From an uncultured Planctomycetota bacterium (lineage in GTDB: Bacteria > Planctomycetota > Planctomycetia > Isosphaerales > Isosphaeraceae), in the NCBI GenBank assembly GCA_963845755.1, contig CAWJTV010000015.1, positions 64,001 through 128,000 on the forward strand: a DNA stretch of 64,000 bases, in the 5' to 3' direction. The notes under the pieces were generated by a model, which made no database searches, was not told the origin of the DNA, and worked only from the letters and a program-made list of their open reading frames with translations. The translations under genes were made by a program, and so were the position numbers. Below, piece after piece: positions 55,775 through 64,000 of this stretch. Each line of letters opens with the position of its first letter. The first letter of the stretch is position 1.

Positions 55775-55869
55775 TATGACCTCGAACAATTGTCAACCGA
55801 GGTGTGAACGCATACCTCTGTGACTCTGTGGTGAGTCTCTTTTGATTGGTTGGTTGCGGCTCGGCCACG

Positions 55870-56100
55870 CTGTGTGTACTTCATGGCGTTGTTAGTGGAG
55901 TCGCTGCTGGAGCGAGAATTGAGGCGAGCGATGGAGAGCGAGGGGATGGAGAGCCTGCCGTTGTACCCAGAGGGTCGGGCGTGTCGCCGACCGACCGCTC
56001 GGAAGGTGATCGACCTGTTCGAGGACGTGCAACGGTACGAACTGTCAGCGGGCCACCGGCCGGCCGTGGTCTTCAACACGAAACTTATATCCATGCTCAT
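55870..56100 (+). pseudogene. IS1634-like transposase C-terminal fragment
   Basis: CVYFMALLVESLLERELRRAM..LPLYPEGR.C..PTARKVIDLF. Confidence 0.65.
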
Positions 56101-56308
56101 CAATACCCCATCCCATAGGCGAGCCCACGTGAGGTGTCAGGCTGATGCGACTTGAAGAGCGACCGACCGTTTGCCCACGATGCGGGTCGTCTCGTACGGT
56201 TCGCCTGATCTGGAACTGCGTCTACTCGTTCGGGGAAGACGAGAAGGACGTGGATGCGGGAACGGCGTTCGTCGTCAACCCAGCGGATAGGGATTCCTGG
56301 GGACGGTC

Positions 56309-56767
56309 GTGGTCGGTCTCGTGATGATCGCCGGACCGGCCGTCGCCGGGTGCCTCCTGCTCGCCGTCGCCGCACTCGTGGCTGCCGATGCCCTCTTCTA
56401 CCGGCGATGGCCGTGGCTCTCGGTCCCGGCGGCCGTTGCCGGTGGTGCATTCGTCCTCTGGGCGATCGTCCTCAACGCCAGGGCGAGGCGTCGGATGATC
56501 GCGGCGATCAAGGGCCGGGTCCTGGATTGCCCCTCCTGCGACGCACCCCTGCCGCGCTGGGACGGCTCCTTCGCATGGTTCCCGCCCGAGCCCGGCGAGA
56601 TCGACTGGATCGGGCCCCCCCGAAGGGAGCGTCCGATTGCGTTGCGACCGCTGCCTTCGCGATGCCTGGTTCTATGCCCACATCGACGGGAGCGTCAATC
56701 CGTACTGGAGCCCCGATCGGCCCGACGGCATCGCAGTCAACCTTGGTGGCATCGTCGTCAACCTTGA
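56309..56767 (+). CDS. Hypothetical membrane protein with CxxC motif
   Basis: Two hydrophobic segments followed by CPSCD; boundaries uncertain. Confidence 0.45.
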   Translation: MVGLVMIAGPAVAGCLLLAVAALVAADALFYRRWPWLSVPAAVAGGAFVLWAIVLNARARRRMIAAIKGRVLDCPSCDAPLPRWDGSFAWFPPEPGEIDWIGPPRRERPIALRPLPSRCLVLCPHRRERQSVLEPRSARRHRSQPWWHRRQP

Positions 56768-56801
56768 TGAATCTGAAGCATGAGGAATCTCGGTCACGGG
56801 T

Positions 56802-56908
56802 GGCGCGGGACGATGCAGGAGCCTGTAAGCGGTGATCCATAGTTGGCGCGGACACCCAGGCGCGGGACGATGCGGGAACCTGTAACGGGTGATCCAGAGA
56901 TCAGACTT
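56802..56908 (+). repeat. Tandem copies 2 (partial) and 3 of the 50-bp intergenic motif, 57-bp period
   Basis: ggcgcgggacgatgcaggagcctgtaagcggtgatcca and ggcgcgggacgatgcgggaacctgtaacgggtgatccagagatcagactt. Confidence 0.8.
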
Positions 56909-56989
56909 TGCAATCTTCTCGCCCGGCCAGGTCGAGCGCCGTGTCCTGCTCTCGGGACGGCTTCTACGATCTTGATCGGAGGACGAATC

Positions 56990-57934
56990 ATGAGAATCCC
57001 GCAGCGATCAGGTCACCTTGGGGCCGGGCGGGCGATCCTCCTGGCCGTCGTCCTGGCCGCGCCGCGCCGGGTCTGCGGCGCGGAACCCCTGGAGACGATT
57101 TGCGCCGCGTTCCACGCCACGTCGCAAGGACTCACTTCCGGCATCGGGAAGGGGACCTATCGCCATTATGAGGCGGTCACCGGGGGCGACTGGCAGCTCA
57201 AGCAAGATGCGGATCTGACGACCTACTTCGACGGCAAGAAGTACCACATCGAACTCAAGTATCATCGCGATGAACTCCCGACGGTGCATGTGGATTCCCG
57301 CCGGATCATCTTCGACGGTAAAACGATCACGGAGGCCATGTTTTCGCCGAGGATCCACCCTACGGGAGCCCAGGGCCGCGTCCTCCAGCCACAAGACTTC
57401 GGCAGCGGCGTGTCCAAACCCTCGGAGGTCGACTTCCCGTGGGACGTCGCCCTGCTCGTTGGCAATGTCTGGCATCCCGAACGACTGATCGAGAATGTGA
57501 CTCCACAGCGGATCGAGATCAGGCAGACCCCCGGAGGGGACCTGGTGGGGAGCTATCCGCTCGCGAATACCGATCGCGTCCGAGTGCGGTTCGAGTGTCC
57601 TCGGGATTCCGGATTCAATCTCGCCCGGCTGCAGGTCTTCAACGTCGGCCAGGCGGAACCGGCCGAGGACGTGCGCATCGAATGGAAGCAGAGTCCAACC
57701 GGCTTGTGGTACGTCCGGTCGGTCGATAAAACGGACGTGTTGCGCGACCCGAGGATTCCGGTCGCGAGGATCCGTCATGTCCTGAAATACACCGAGTTCC
57801 AGCCGAACGCGAAGGTCGCTCCGAAGCTCTTCACGCAAGCCGCGCTCGGGCTCCCTTCTGGGAGCCCGATTTTGGACTGCGCCCCGAGGCCAAGGATCCC
57901 ATTCGCCGTGTGCCCTGATCCGTTCTCTCCGTAG
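56990..57934 (+). CDS. Hypothetical secreted protein
   Basis: GGAGG RBS, N-terminal hydrophobic leader, beta-rich body ending YTEFQPNAKVAPKLFT. Confidence 0.65.
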   Translation: MRIPQRSGHLGAGRAILLAVVLAAPRRVCGAEPLETICAAFHATSQGLTSGIGKGTYRHYEAVTGGDWQLKQDADLTTYFDGKKYHIELKYHRDELPTVHVDSRRIIFDGKTITEAMFSPRIHPTGAQGRVLQPQDFGSGVSKPSEVDFPWDVALLVGNVWHPERLIENVTPQRIEIRQTPGGDLVGSYPLANTDRVRVRFECPRDSGFNLARLQVFNVGQAEPAEDVRIEWKQSPTGLWYVRSVDKTDVLRDPRIPVARIRHVLKYTEFQPNAKVAPKLFTQAALGLPSGSPILDCAPRPRIPFAVCPDPFSP

Positions 57935-58158
57935 TGCGATGGTCCCGCCCGGCGAAGTCGGGTCAAAGCCCATGATCGTCGGACGATCCCGCAGGCTGCT
58001 TAGTTCGAAGGGTGGGGGGAATAAGTCTCAGCCCGGCTCCGACGTGAAGCTCATGCGGTGGATCATCATTTTTCCTCGGAGAACAATGAAGGGAGGTCGG
58101 GGTAACGGCGACGCAGCTCGTTTTCTCTCTTCCCGTTTCTATTCCCAAGGCAGATGCG

Positions 58159-58650
58159 ATGGCCACGGTGCTGTTCCTGCACGGTTGGAATTCGAATCCG
58201 GGCGGCGTCAAACCGACCTACCTGGCCGGGCACGGCCATGTGGTGATCAACCCGGCGCTGCCCGACGAGGACTTCGACGAGGCCGTCCGGATCGCCCAGG
58301 AGTCGTTCGACCAGCATCGGCCGGATGTGGTCGTTGGGTCATCGCGGGGCGGGGCCGTGGCGATGAACATCGATTCGAGCGGCGCGACACTCATTCTCCT
58401 CTGCCCGGCCTGGAAGAAATGGGGAGCGGCCAGGACCGTCAAACCGGACACCGTGATCCTGCACTCCGAGGCCGACGATGTGATCCCGATCGCGGATAGC
58501 CGCGAGCTCGTCGCTCGCAGCGGTCTGGCGGATTCGGCGCTGATCATCGTCGGAAACGACCATCGACTGGCCGACCCGGGGCCGCTGGCCGCGATGGCCT
58601 TCGCCATCGGTCAACTGTGCCCCAGACGCATGGGACACGAGAGCGCTTAA
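58159..58650 (+). CDS. Small alpha/beta hydrolase (YqiA/UPF0227-like)
   Basis: VLFLHGW.S, VVGSSRGG, ILHS..DDVIP, DHRL. Confidence 0.88.
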   Translation: MATVLFLHGWNSNPGGVKPTYLAGHGHVVINPALPDEDFDEAVRIAQESFDQHRPDVVVGSSRGGAVAMNIDSSGATLILLCPAWKKWGAARTVKPDTVILHSEADDVIPIADSRELVARSGLADSALIIVGNDHRLADPGPLAAMAFAIGQLCPRRMGHESA

Positions 58651-58724
58651 CGGTTGGCTTTCACACGCTCGGAGTCCTCGACCGAAGCAACGCCCCGAAC
58701 GCGGCCTTCGGCCGCAACCCAACC

Positions 58725-58932
58725 GGGATTCGAGATTCGAGATTCGGGATTCGAGATTCGAGATTCGAGATTCGGGATTCGGGATTCGAGATTCGAGATT
58801 CGGGATTCGAGATTCGAGATTCGAGATTCGGGATTCGAGATTCGAGATTCGAGATTCGGGATTCGAGATTCGAGATTCGGGATTCGAGATTCCGGATTCC
58901 GGATTGCCGATCCCGGATTGCCGATCCCGGAT
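58725..58932. repeat. Heptanucleotide tandem repeat (GRGATTC)n, about 24 copies plus a degenerate tail
   Basis: Mixed gagattc/gggattc units, intergenic. Confidence 0.95.
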
Positions 58933-59276
58933 GAAGAAGGATTGGGGAATCGGGCATTCGGAATGAAGGATCCCCCGGATGCGCGCATGCGGCAGGGGGC
59001 CTATGGAGGTCGACTCTAACGCGGCCAAAGCCTGCCTCAGGCACTCTTCCGTGACGGGGCTCCAGGGCGGCACGGGCTGCGCGGTTCGACATGATGCACC
59101 GATGACCATCGATCGGCGGCCAATTCCTCTGGTCAGTGCGGCCGGTTGCGGGTAGAACTCCGTCCGGTTTCTTCGTTGGCGAGTTGTCCCGGCAAGGGCT
59201 GGTCCTTCCGATGGCGGAGACTTCCTTGAGTCGCCCCCGTGGCGACCGACGGACTGACTCGGGAGGATCACGGCCG

Positions 59277-60311
59277 ATGTCAGGGTCGCGAGCATGGATG
59301 GTCCTCGGCGTCCTGGTTGGTGCATCGCTGGTGGCCGGTCGCGCGGTGGAAGCCGCGGCGGATGTCCGGTTCGACAAGGATTTCCTGGCCGGGATCATCG
59401 AAAAACTACCGCCGGTCGCCTTCCAGACGCCGGGGCAGCTTCGCGGGATGGTCCACGATTTCCGCCTCATCGCGATCGAGGCTCGTGCGCGGCAACTCGT
59501 GGTCACCTGCCGGATCGACGGCGCGTTTCGCGCTCCGGTCAACGGCCCGATCACGGACCGGGTCGCGAGGAGCCCTCAGACGCCGGAGGGGTGGCGGAAG
59601 TTCAGTTTCGACGTGCGGTCGCGGGTCAACGTCGAGCCGGGCGGCGACGCGGCGCCGCGGTTCCGGATCGTCATCGATGAGGTCAAGCGGCGGGAGCTCG
59701 ATGGCTTCAGCGGGATCATCGCCAAGGTCCTGGGCCAGTTCTTCGATGAGCTGGTCACGCAGCTCGCCAATGGCCGGGCCTCGCGGCTGAGCGAAGAGCT
59801 CAACGCCGAGATCGTCCGCCGCGTCGCCCTGTTCAAGGAGTACGGCGTCTTCTACGGGATCGAGTACTCCCCGGGCGAGCTGGTCCTCCATTTCGACCTG
59901 ACCCGGCTCCGATCCGAGGGGATCGCCGGTTACGTCTTCACCAAGCCGCAACCGGGAAGCGTCCCACTCTACCGATGGCTTCACCCGGGCGATCACTCGC
60001 ATTATTACACGCTCCGGCCCGGCGCACCCGATCGGCCCCGTGCGGTCCTCGAGGGTGTCGCCTGCTACGTGCTGGACCATCGCGAACCCGACACCGTCCC
60101 GTTCTATCGCTGGTCGAACCCACGCGACCACTTGTATACCACCGCGCCCGACGGCGAGCACGTCAGCCGCCTCGGTTATCGGCCCCGAGGGATCACCTGC
60201 TACATCTACCACGATCCCAAGCCGGGAACTGTCCCTCTCTACCGCTTCTTCGACCCGAGCCGTCGCCAGCATTTCTACACGACGCATGCCTTCGCCGAGT
60301 TCCTGAAGTGA
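59277..60311 (+). CDS. Secreted protein with C-terminal DUF5648-like (VPLYR..H.YT) repeats
   Basis: Signal peptide; VPLYRW..HYYT, VPFYRW..DHLYT, VPLYRF..HFYT. Confidence 0.75.
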   Translation: MSGSRAWMVLGVLVGASLVAGRAVEAAADVRFDKDFLAGIIEKLPPVAFQTPGQLRGMVHDFRLIAIEARARQLVVTCRIDGAFRAPVNGPITDRVARSPQTPEGWRKFSFDVRSRVNVEPGGDAAPRFRIVIDEVKRRELDGFSGIIAKVLGQFFDELVTQLANGRASRLSEELNAEIVRRVALFKEYGVFYGIEYSPGELVLHFDLTRLRSEGIAGYVFTKPQPGSVPLYRWLHPGDHSHYYTLRPGAPDRPRAVLEGVACYVLDHREPDTVPFYRWSNPRDHLYTTAPDGEHVSRLGYRPRGITCYIYHDPKPGTVPLYRFFDPSRRQHFYTTHAFAEFLK

Positions 60312-60351
60312 TGAAAGACGAAGGATGAGTCCGAACTCCGCCGGTCTTGAT

Positions 60352-62091
60352 TCAGCTTTCCGGCTTCCTCCTTCCCTGTCGTCCGTCGCCACCAAGGGGA
60401 GGTTGTGCCTCCTCGGCCCATTCGACCACGGAATTGACGGGCACATTCACGCGGCTCTCGACCCGCCCCGAGGGCCAGCGGATCTCCAGGCGGTTGACGA
60501 CCTCGGCGACGCCCAGCCCGAAGTGGACGCGCGGGTCGCTGGCGGAAATGTAGCTGCCGCCGCCGTCGTGCGTGCGGACGATCGTTCGACGACCGACCTG
60601 CGCGATCAGCCGTGCCGCCGATCGCGTCTCGATGGGGAGATCGGCCGCTCAGCTTCACGATCAGCCAGTTGCCGCGGCGGGGTGACTCGTTCCAGAGGAC
60701 GACGCTCGGGGCGTGGTGGTGGACGATGACGAGATCCAGGTCGCCATCCTCGTCGAGGTCGCCACAGGCGAGCCCGCGCCCCATGTGGAGGGCCCGGAAA
60801 TAGTCGCCGGCCCCGGCGGTGACGTTCTGAAAACGGCCGGCGCCGATGTTGCGCCAGAGGATCGGCGGATTCTCGTAGGGATATCTGCTGGCCGGGTTCG
60901 CGGCGGATGTGGCCGTTGGTGGCGACCAGGTCGAGCCGGCCGTCGAGATCGAAGTCGGCGAAGCCGGTTCCCCAGCCCGTCAAGGGGCGCGAGTCCACGC
61001 GCCAGGCCCGCCTCGTTGGTCTGGTCCTGATAATACAGGTCCTTGCCGGGAACCCCGAAGGCCCGCCAGAGCGTGTCGTGCTCGCCCCAAAAATGCGTGA
61101 TCAGGATGTCGGGCAGGGCGTCGTCGTTGCTGTCGCCGAAGGCGATCCCCATGTTCGCCTCGGCCTGCCCGTCGCCGTTGACCGCGACGCCGAGCACCTC
61201 CGCCCGGTCCTCGAACGTACCATCGCCGCGATTCCGCCACAGCGCATTGCTCATCGCATCGTTGGCGACCAGGAAGTCGATCCGGCCGTCGCCGTCGAAG
61301 TCGGAGGCGACGACGCCCATCCCCCGGCCGCTACCTGCCACGCCCGCCCGGGCGGTCACGTCGGTGAAGTGGCCGTTCCCCTCGTTGCGATAAAGGACAT
61401 CCGGCTGACCCGGGAAGTCGGCAGGCATGCCATAGTCGGCCGCTCCGGTCGCCGGATCCCGGCGAAACGGCGCCTTGGCCTGATCGAAGGTGAAGTAGGT
61501 CGCGACGAACAGGTCCAGATCGCCATCGCCGTCGTAATCGGCGAAGGCCGCGCCCAGACTCCAGAGCCCGCAGCCGACGCCGGCCTCGTCCGTCACATCG
61601 GTGACTCGGCCCCGATCATTGCGCCAGAGGGTATTGCGGCCGTAGCGGGTGACGTAGACGTCGGGGTCACCGTCGCCGTCGAAGTCGGCCACGGCCACAC
61701 CCTGACCGTAGCCCTTGGGGCTCAGTCCGGCCTGGGACGAGACGTCTTCGAATCGACCGCTGCCCAGGTTCCTGAGCAACACGTCGGCCCGGGCCGGCTT
61801 GCCTGGCCGCAGAGGACCGCCCTGTGCGAAGAAGAGGTCGAGCCGGCCGTCGCCGTCGAAATCGAGGATGCCCACGCCGCCGCCGGTGGTCTCGACGGGC
61901 CACGCCGCGCCCGTCTCGCCCCGCTCGTAGAGAAAGGGGAGCTCCTGGGCGCGGAACCGAAGCGGAGCGGCCTCGTTCCCGGCCTTCACAGAAGCCGAGC
62001 GATCCGGCTCCTTGCGACAACCGATGGGGAATGCCAGCAACGCCAGCCCCAGTGCGGCCAACCGAGCGCGAATCGGACGTTTCCACCCCAT
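60352..62091 (-). CDS. CRTAC1/ASPIC-UnbV-family FG-GAP repeat lipoprotein, frameshifted
   Basis: ETTGGGVGILDFDGDG, repeated D.DGDG..D, ANMGIA, RGLACGDLDEDGDLD, GGSY.S..HFGLG. Confidence 0.92.
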
Positions 62092-62270
62092 CAATATCAC
62101 GAAGACCACCTCCACACTCGCTCGCCGCTTTACCTCGATTCGACGTCGACCCGCCACCTTATGACAAACCTTCGTGTTGCCTCAAGCCCTCCTTGACGCG
62201 ACAATCCGGTTGGCCGAGTGGAACCGGTGATCTTGCGATCGGATCCCGCTCATCGAGAAGGGAGTTCGTC

Positions 62271-62606
62271 ATGAGACGAGGAATCATCGTCGCGTGTTTG
62301 ACTCTGATGGTGCCGGCGTTGTTGCTGTTCCTGGCCGACCGAAGCAGGACGACCGCCCAGGAGGCGGCCCGGGTCGCTCAGCGCCAACTCGTGGAGGTTG
62401 GCAAGACCTACAACTTCTGGACAACATCGAGGTGGATGCACTGTAAAGTCGTCGAGTGCGCCCCTTGGCAGATGGGTCAGGGTGGAGTACCTCGATTTCG
62501 ACAAGCCGAAACGCGGTTGGATCAATCTGGATATGATCGGGGCCATCACGGACGAGGAGTAGCCAGACGTTCGCCCGAGGGGCCGGCGAAGCATCGATCG
62601 AGCTGA
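62271..62606 (+). CDS. Small hypothetical exported protein, probably frameshifted
   Basis: GGGAG RBS; MRRGIIVACLTLMVPALLLFLA leader. Confidence 0.45.
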   Translation: MRRGIIVACLTLMVPALLLFLADRSRTTAQEAARVAQRQLVEVGKTYNFWTTSRWMHCKVVECAPWQMGQGGVPRFRQAETRLDQSGYDRGHHGRGVARRSPEGPAKHRSS

Positions 62607-62622
62607 AGAGAGGCGCGGGGGC

Positions 62623-64000
62623 ATGTCAGAATCATCGGCCGGTGTGTTGCAAGGGGCGAGGGCCTTGCTGGGAAGCGGCCGGCTCCTCAACATGACCTGT
62701 CTCTCGGTTCTCCTTGTCGCCTGTTACGGGGGAGTACTCTTTGGCGGCCGGCAGTTCGGGTTCCGGGACGCAGCGCATTTCTACTATCCCCTTTACTGGC
62801 GGGTGCAGCAGGAATGGTCGGCGGGGCGGCTACCGCTCTGGGAGCCGGGCGAGAACGGCGGGACTCCGCTGCTCGGAAGCCCGATGGCGGCGGTCCTCTA
62901 TCCCGGCAAGATCCTCTTCGCCCTGATGCCGTACGCCTGGGCGTTCCGGCTCTACACGATCGGGCACGTGGTGCTGGCCTTCGGGGCGATGGTGGTGCTA
63001 TTGCGGTCGTGGGGCGTGAGCGGGACCGGCTCCGCGATCGCCGGCCTGTCCTATGCGTTCGGCGGGGTCGTACTCTCGGACTACTTCAACATCATCTACC
63101 TGGTGGGAGCCGCGTGGCTGCCGCTGGGCTTCCGGGCCGCCGACCGATGGCTTCGGCTGGGCCTTCGGTCCGGCCTGGTGGAGCTGGCGGTGGTCCTGGC
63201 GATGCAGGTCCTGGGGGGCGACCCGGAAGCGGCTTACCTCACCGTGCTCTGCGCATTCGGTTATGCCCTGGGCCTGGCGAGGTCTCCGGGCGGTTCGCCA
63301 GCCCGGCCATGGAGGTGGGGGTTGATCCTGATCGGCGCGACTGCCGGATGGATCTGGGCGGGACCGAGGATCGTTCCGGGGATCCACCGCTCCGGTGGAG
63401 CGTGGGGTCAGGCGATCCTTACGGCGGTCTGGGGACTGGGGCTCGCCATCTACCTGGTAACCCGTCGCCGCGGTCGTCGGGCCCGAGTGTCGACGATGCT
63501 CCTGGGACTGGCGGCGTCTTGCACCCTGGCGCTGAGCTTGTCGGCGGTCCAGCTCCTGCCGGTCCTCGAGCACATCGCGGCGAGCGTCCGGTGGGAGGGG
63601 GCCGGACTGGAAGACCTCTATGATTCCAGCCTGCTGCCGTACCGGGTCGTCGAGTGGATCTGGCCGAATGTCTTCGGCACCTTCACGGCGGGAAACCATT
63701 ACTGGATGCCGTTGCTGCCTCCGGTTGGCGGAGCGCGGCCCTCGCCAATGTCCTTGTACTGCGGCGCCTTGCCGATCGTGCTGGCCCTCGGTGCGTCGGG
63801 ATTCCGCGCGGGCCCGCCGTGGCGGGCCTGGATGACCGCGGTCGCTCTCCTGAGTTTCTGGGCGGCCCTCGGCGAGTTCGCGGGCGTTGCGCGCTGGTCG
63901 GTCGTGCCGCCGTCTCCCACGACGGGCGACGATAGCTTCTACGGCCTGATCGCGGCGTTCCTGCCGGGCTTCCGGCTGTTCCGCCTGCCGTTCAAACTGC
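62623..64000 (+). CDS. YfhO-like polytopic membrane (GT-C-like) protein, 3'-partial
   Basis: FRDAAHFYYP..W.AGRLPLW.P.ENGG.PLL..P..AVLYP, YAFGG, AAWLP, AVQLLP; the frame stays open to the window end. Confidence 0.8.
   Translation, partial: MSESSAGVLQGARALLGSGRLLNMTCLSVLLVACYGGVLFGGRQFGFRDAAHFYYPLYWRVQQEWSAGRLPLWEPGENGGTPLLGSPMAAVLYPGKILFALMPYAWAFRLYTIGHVVLAFGAMVVLLRSWGVSGTGSAIAGLSYAFGGVVLSDYFNIIYLVGAAWLPLGFRAADRWLRLGLRSGLVELAVVLAMQVLGGDPEAAYLTVLCAFGYALGLARSPGGSPARPWRWGLILIGATAGWIWAGPRIVPGIHRSGGAWGQAILTAVWGLGLAIYLVTRRRGRRARVSTMLLGLAASCTLALSLSAVQLLPVLEHIAASVRWEGAGLEDLYDSSLLPYRVVEWIWPNVFGTFTAGNHYWMPLLPPVGGARPSPMSLYCGALPIVLALGASGFRAGPPWRAWMTAVALLSFWAALGEFAGVARWSVVPPSPTTGDDSFYGLIAAFLPGFRLFRLPFKL

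Noticed and set aside
56802..56908. Possible mini-CRISPR (57-bp period)
   Set aside because: Only two imperfect units, a spacer of about 19 bp, and no cas genes or leader.
50058..58650. Integron cassette array
   Set aside because: No integrase and no convincing RYYYAAC..GTTRRRY attC hairpins between the genes.
58617..59554. ORFs encoding (SRISNLE)n or (RDSRFEI)n
   Set aside because: They arise from a stop-free heptamer repeat read in several frames on both strands.

Overview
GC-rich bacterial DNA that looks planctomycete (Isosphaeraceae-like), judged from its DUF1592/DUF1552, DUF1559, DUF4058, CRTAC1, DHOR and Ser/Thr-kinase-linked ECF sigma genes. Many genes, including core respiratory ones, are split by single-base indels, which most likely reflects long-read assembly error, so most split ORFs are read here as single genes. 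From 1 to 18.4 kb there is a DUF1592/DUF1552 pair, two DUF4058 genes and a complete alternative complex III operon (actABCDEFG) followed by SCO and an A2-type caa3 oxidase. An intact IS3 (GTA target duplication) then interrupts the signal peptide of a transglutaminase-like gene with a CMCCCC motif. From 21 to 37 kb are metabolic and transport genes (DUF1080, esterase-gluconolactonase, KimA-like permease, acyl-CoA dehydrogenase plus APH kinase, CocE/NonD, DHOR, D-aminoacylase). The most intriguing locus is 36.8-42.3 kb: a divergent, shortened ribosome-recycling-factor paralogue transcribed divergently from two coupled RlaP/PF10127-type nucleotidyltransferases (a candidate RNA-repair/ribosome-rescue module), next to an ECF sigma::kinase-TPR deletion chimera. 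The 49.5-59 kb region is plastic: IS5, a group II intron 5' remnant, WGR-DUF4132 genes, REP-like palindromes, an IS1634 fragment, a 50-bp non-coding motif in three copies (one partial) ahead of unrelated exported-protein genes, and hairpin-plus-short-tandem-repeat elements. All family calls come from motif recognition; no database search was run.
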